Source: Thermoleophilaceae bacterium (GTDB taxonomy: Bacteria; Actinomycetota; Thermoleophilia; Solirubrobacterales; Thermoleophilaceae). From it: a DNA stretch of 43,376 nt. The notes beneath the pieces are model-generated. The model did not search any database, was not told the DNA's origin, and was given only the letters and a program-made list of their open reading frames with translations. The stretch covers positions 1 to 43,376 of the forward strand of contig JACCSF010000088.1 in the NCBI GenBank assembly GCA_013813135.1, given 5' to 3'. The translations under genes and the position numbers were made by a program. Position 1 is the first letter of the stretch. Each line of letters begins with the position of its first letter. Positions 41,417 to 43,376 of the stretch are shown in pieces.

Positions 41417-43101
41417 GAACGCGGGCTTGCCAGCTCGGCGTCCGGCGCGCGGTCGAGCGCGTCCAGGACTGCCATGAACGCCGCGATCACGCGCGGGTCG
41501 AACTGGCTGCCGGCGCAACGCAGCAGCTCGACGCGGGCGGCCTTCGTCCCGATACCGAGGCGGTAGACGCGGTCCGCGGTCATCGCCTCGAATGCGTCCG
41601 CTACGGCGATGATCTTCGCCTCGAGCGGGATGTCGGCGTCGGTGAGGCCGGCGGGGTAGCCCTTGCCGTCCGGGCGCTCGTGGTGGGCCATCACCCAGCT
41701 GCGCAGGTCCTCGAGGCCGCGCCCGGCCAGCACCTCGCCGCCGATCTCGGGGTGGGTGCGAACCTGCGCCATCTCGCCGGCGCCGAGCGGACCCGGCTTC
41801 TGCAAGACGGCGTTGGGCACGCCGATCTTGCCGATGTCGTGGAGCCTGCCGGCCATCTCGATCCGTTCCACGCGCTCGGCCGGCAGTACGAGCTGCTCGG
41901 CGATCAGGCCGCAGTAGCGCCCGACGGTGCGCGAGTGGTTGGCCGTGCCCGCGTCGCGGATGTCCAGCGCCTCCGTGAGCGAGAGCAGCGTCGGGAGATG
42001 CGAGAAATCGAGTCCGCGCCCGCCGCCCTCGGGAGCGAAGATCGCGGAGATTTCGCGATTGAAGATGATCGAGCGGTTGCGCCCGAGCGCTTTGGCCGCG
42101 TACAGGGCCTGGTCGGCCGACTCGATCACGGCGTCCGCCGACCCGCCGTGGTCGGGGAACGTCGCGACCCCGAAGCTGAACGTGAGTGGGACCGGGTCGG
42201 AAGCGAACTCGCTCGCGACGGCGGCCCGCATGCGCTCTGCGGCCAGGTGGGCATCATGCTCGGATGTGTTCGGGAGCACCAGCGTGAATTCCTCCCCTCC
42301 GGTGCGGGCCGCGGTGTCCCCGACGCGCCGGTGGGTGGCCAGGATGCGCGCCACGCGGACGAGCGCCCGGTCGCCGGCGCGGTGACCGAGCTGGTCGTTC
42401 ACCCACTTGAAGTGGTCCAGGTCTCCGACCACGACACTCACCTGACGCGCGCCCATGCGTGCCTGTGCCAGTTGCGCGTCGATCTCCTGATCCAGCGCCA
42501 AGCGGTTCTTCAGCTGGGTCAGCGCGTCCGTTCGCGCCGCCTCGGCAAGGCCTCGCACGAGCTGGGTCACCCCGCCTCGGACCACGCGCAGGACCACGGC
42601 CACGGGGACGATGACGCCCACCAGCGTTACCCAGTTTGGAAGCACGTCCTGCGCCGGGACGGTGTCGAGCAGCACGGCGAGATAGACCGCGCCCATCAAC
42701 ACCAGCTGGAACACGGCCTGCCGGATGGGGAAGAAGTAGGCGGCGTACAGGGCGAGCCAGGCGTACAGCAGCGCACCGGAGGGCACCGAGTGCTCGCCGG
42801 AGAGCAGCAGGTTCGCGGAGATCAGCAGGGTGCCGAGCGTCGCCGCGGCGTAGAGCGTCGAGGGGCGGAGCTGGTCCGCGTTGATGTGCAGCGCCAGCGC
42901 GATCAGCGCGCAGGCCGCGGGCATACCCAACCGCGCGAGCGTGGGCGCGTCCGTGCCCGGGAGCAGGGCGAGCACGACGAGCAGCAGCGCCAGACCGGCG
43001 AAGATGCCGCCGCCGACACGCGCCGCGTAGCGCGTGCTGGGCTCGACTGGAGGAACTCCAGGTGCCTGCGGAGCCTCCTGCTGGGCCACCGGAGGCAGCA
43101 T
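41413..43101 (-). CDS. Membrane-anchored diguanylate cyclase (GGDEF) fused to an HD-GYP phosphodiesterase domain
   Basis: About 5 N-terminal TM segments. GGEEF active-site motif (ARTGGEEFTLV). HD-GYP motifs (RLHDIGKIGVP, HHERPDGKGYP). Confidence 0.85.
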   Translation of the reverse strand: MLPPVAQQEAPQAPGVPPVEPSTRYAARVGGGIFAGLALLLVVLALLPGTDAPTLARLGMPAACALIALALHINADQLRPSTLYAAATLGTLLISANLLLSGEHSVPSGALLYAWLALYAAYFFPIRQAVFQLVLMGAVYLAVLLDTVPAQDVLPNWVTLVGVIVPVAVVLRVVRGGVTQLVRGLAEAARTDALTQLKNRLALDQEIDAQLAQARMGARQVSVVVGDLDHFKWVNDQLGHRAGDRALVRVARILATHRRVGDTAARTGGEEFTLVLPNTSEHDAHLAAERMRAAVASEFASDPVPLTFSFGVATFPDHGGSADAVIESADQALYAAKALGRNRSIIFNREISAIFAPEGGGRGLDFSHLPTLLSLTEALDIRDAGTANHSRTVGRYCGLIAEQLVLPAERVERIEMAGRLHDIGKIGVPNAVLQKPGPLGAGEMAQVRTHPEIGGEVLAGRGLEDLRSWVMAHHERPDGKGYPAGLTDADIPLEAKIIAVADAFEAMTADRVYRLGIGTKAARVELLRCAGSQFDPRVIAAFMAVLDALDRAPDAELASPRS

Positions 43102-43190
43102 CTGGCGAGTGTCGGCGATCCGCCGCCCATCTGTGAGGGCGCTACACGGATGGTGGCCGAATCGCCGAGGCCGGCCGAACGCTGCCGCTA

Positions 43191-43376
43191 CTAGGCGCCG
43201 AGCTCGTCGCGCAGCACGCGCAGCTGCTCGCGCAGGACCGCCACTTCGCTCTCGAGGCGCTCGACGCGGGCGGCGAGCCCGTCGGAGGCGAAATCCGGCG
43301 GCCGGGCGGCGAAATCCGGCGGGGGGCGCGTGGCAGCGGCGGGCTCGGCGGCGGCGGGCGTTGCGCCCGCGTACTC
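43191..43376 (-). CDS. Partial CDS (3' end): hypothetical protein with a C-terminal coiled coil
   Basis: Open to the window edge. Reads ...TRPPPDFAARPPDFASDGLAARVERLESEVAVLREQLRVLRDELGA-stop. Confidence 0.35.
   Translation of the reverse strand, partial: EYAGATPAAAEPAAATRPPPDFAARPPDFASDGLAARVERLESEVAVLREQLRVLRDELGA

Noticed and set aside
43286-43321. Direct repeat ggcgaaatccggcgg occurring twice, 21 nt apart
   Set aside because: It lies inside the partial minus-strand CDS and simply encodes a duplicated PPDFA peptide. It is not a CRISPR-like or regulatory repeat.

Overview
The window is high-GC (roughly 70% by eye), with actinobacterial-type codon usage and many 4-nt start/stop overlaps. 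All family calls come from reading the supplied translations for diagnostic motifs; nothing was searched. I call about 60 genes or gene remnants.

Overall layout:
- Left part, up to tRNA-Ser(CGA) at 21917..22005: an accessory-looking patchwork. It holds regulators (two TetR, ArsR, three ECF sigma factors, a CarH/LitR-type B12 photoreceptor), small redox and hydrolase genes, an IS3 remnant, and an unusually high number of frameshifted or truncated genes.
- Right part: more housekeeping-like. It holds tadA, an S8 protease, a Usp/LuxR-RR/AI-2E/CsbD stress cluster, plsC-like, nucS, soxR, PPK2, msrA and c-di-GMP enzymes. It also contains a 4.3-kb insert and further frameshifts.

Most noteworthy observations:
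1. An A/T-rich palindrome, TAGA-N8-TCTA, occurs six times perfectly. Every copy is in a promoter gap between 7.7 and 18.3 kb. It looks like the operator of an undescribed local regulon.
2. A CarH/LitR photoreceptor sits divergent from an ECF sigma factor, with three tandem 11-bp CarH-type operator repeats in the 48-bp gap.
3. A diverged copy of the first 34 codons of nucS lies 4.3 kb upstream of the intact nucS. The pair brackets a decayed, mobile-element-like insert.
4. A textbook SoxR promoter (19-bp spacer) drives a leaderless DUF5519-like gene.
5. A GGDEF/HD-GYP gene is translationally coupled to two Nudix genes.
6. At least 15 pseudogenes are present, including both ECF41-type sigma factors.

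No CRISPR array, intact transposase, integrase or rRNA was seen.
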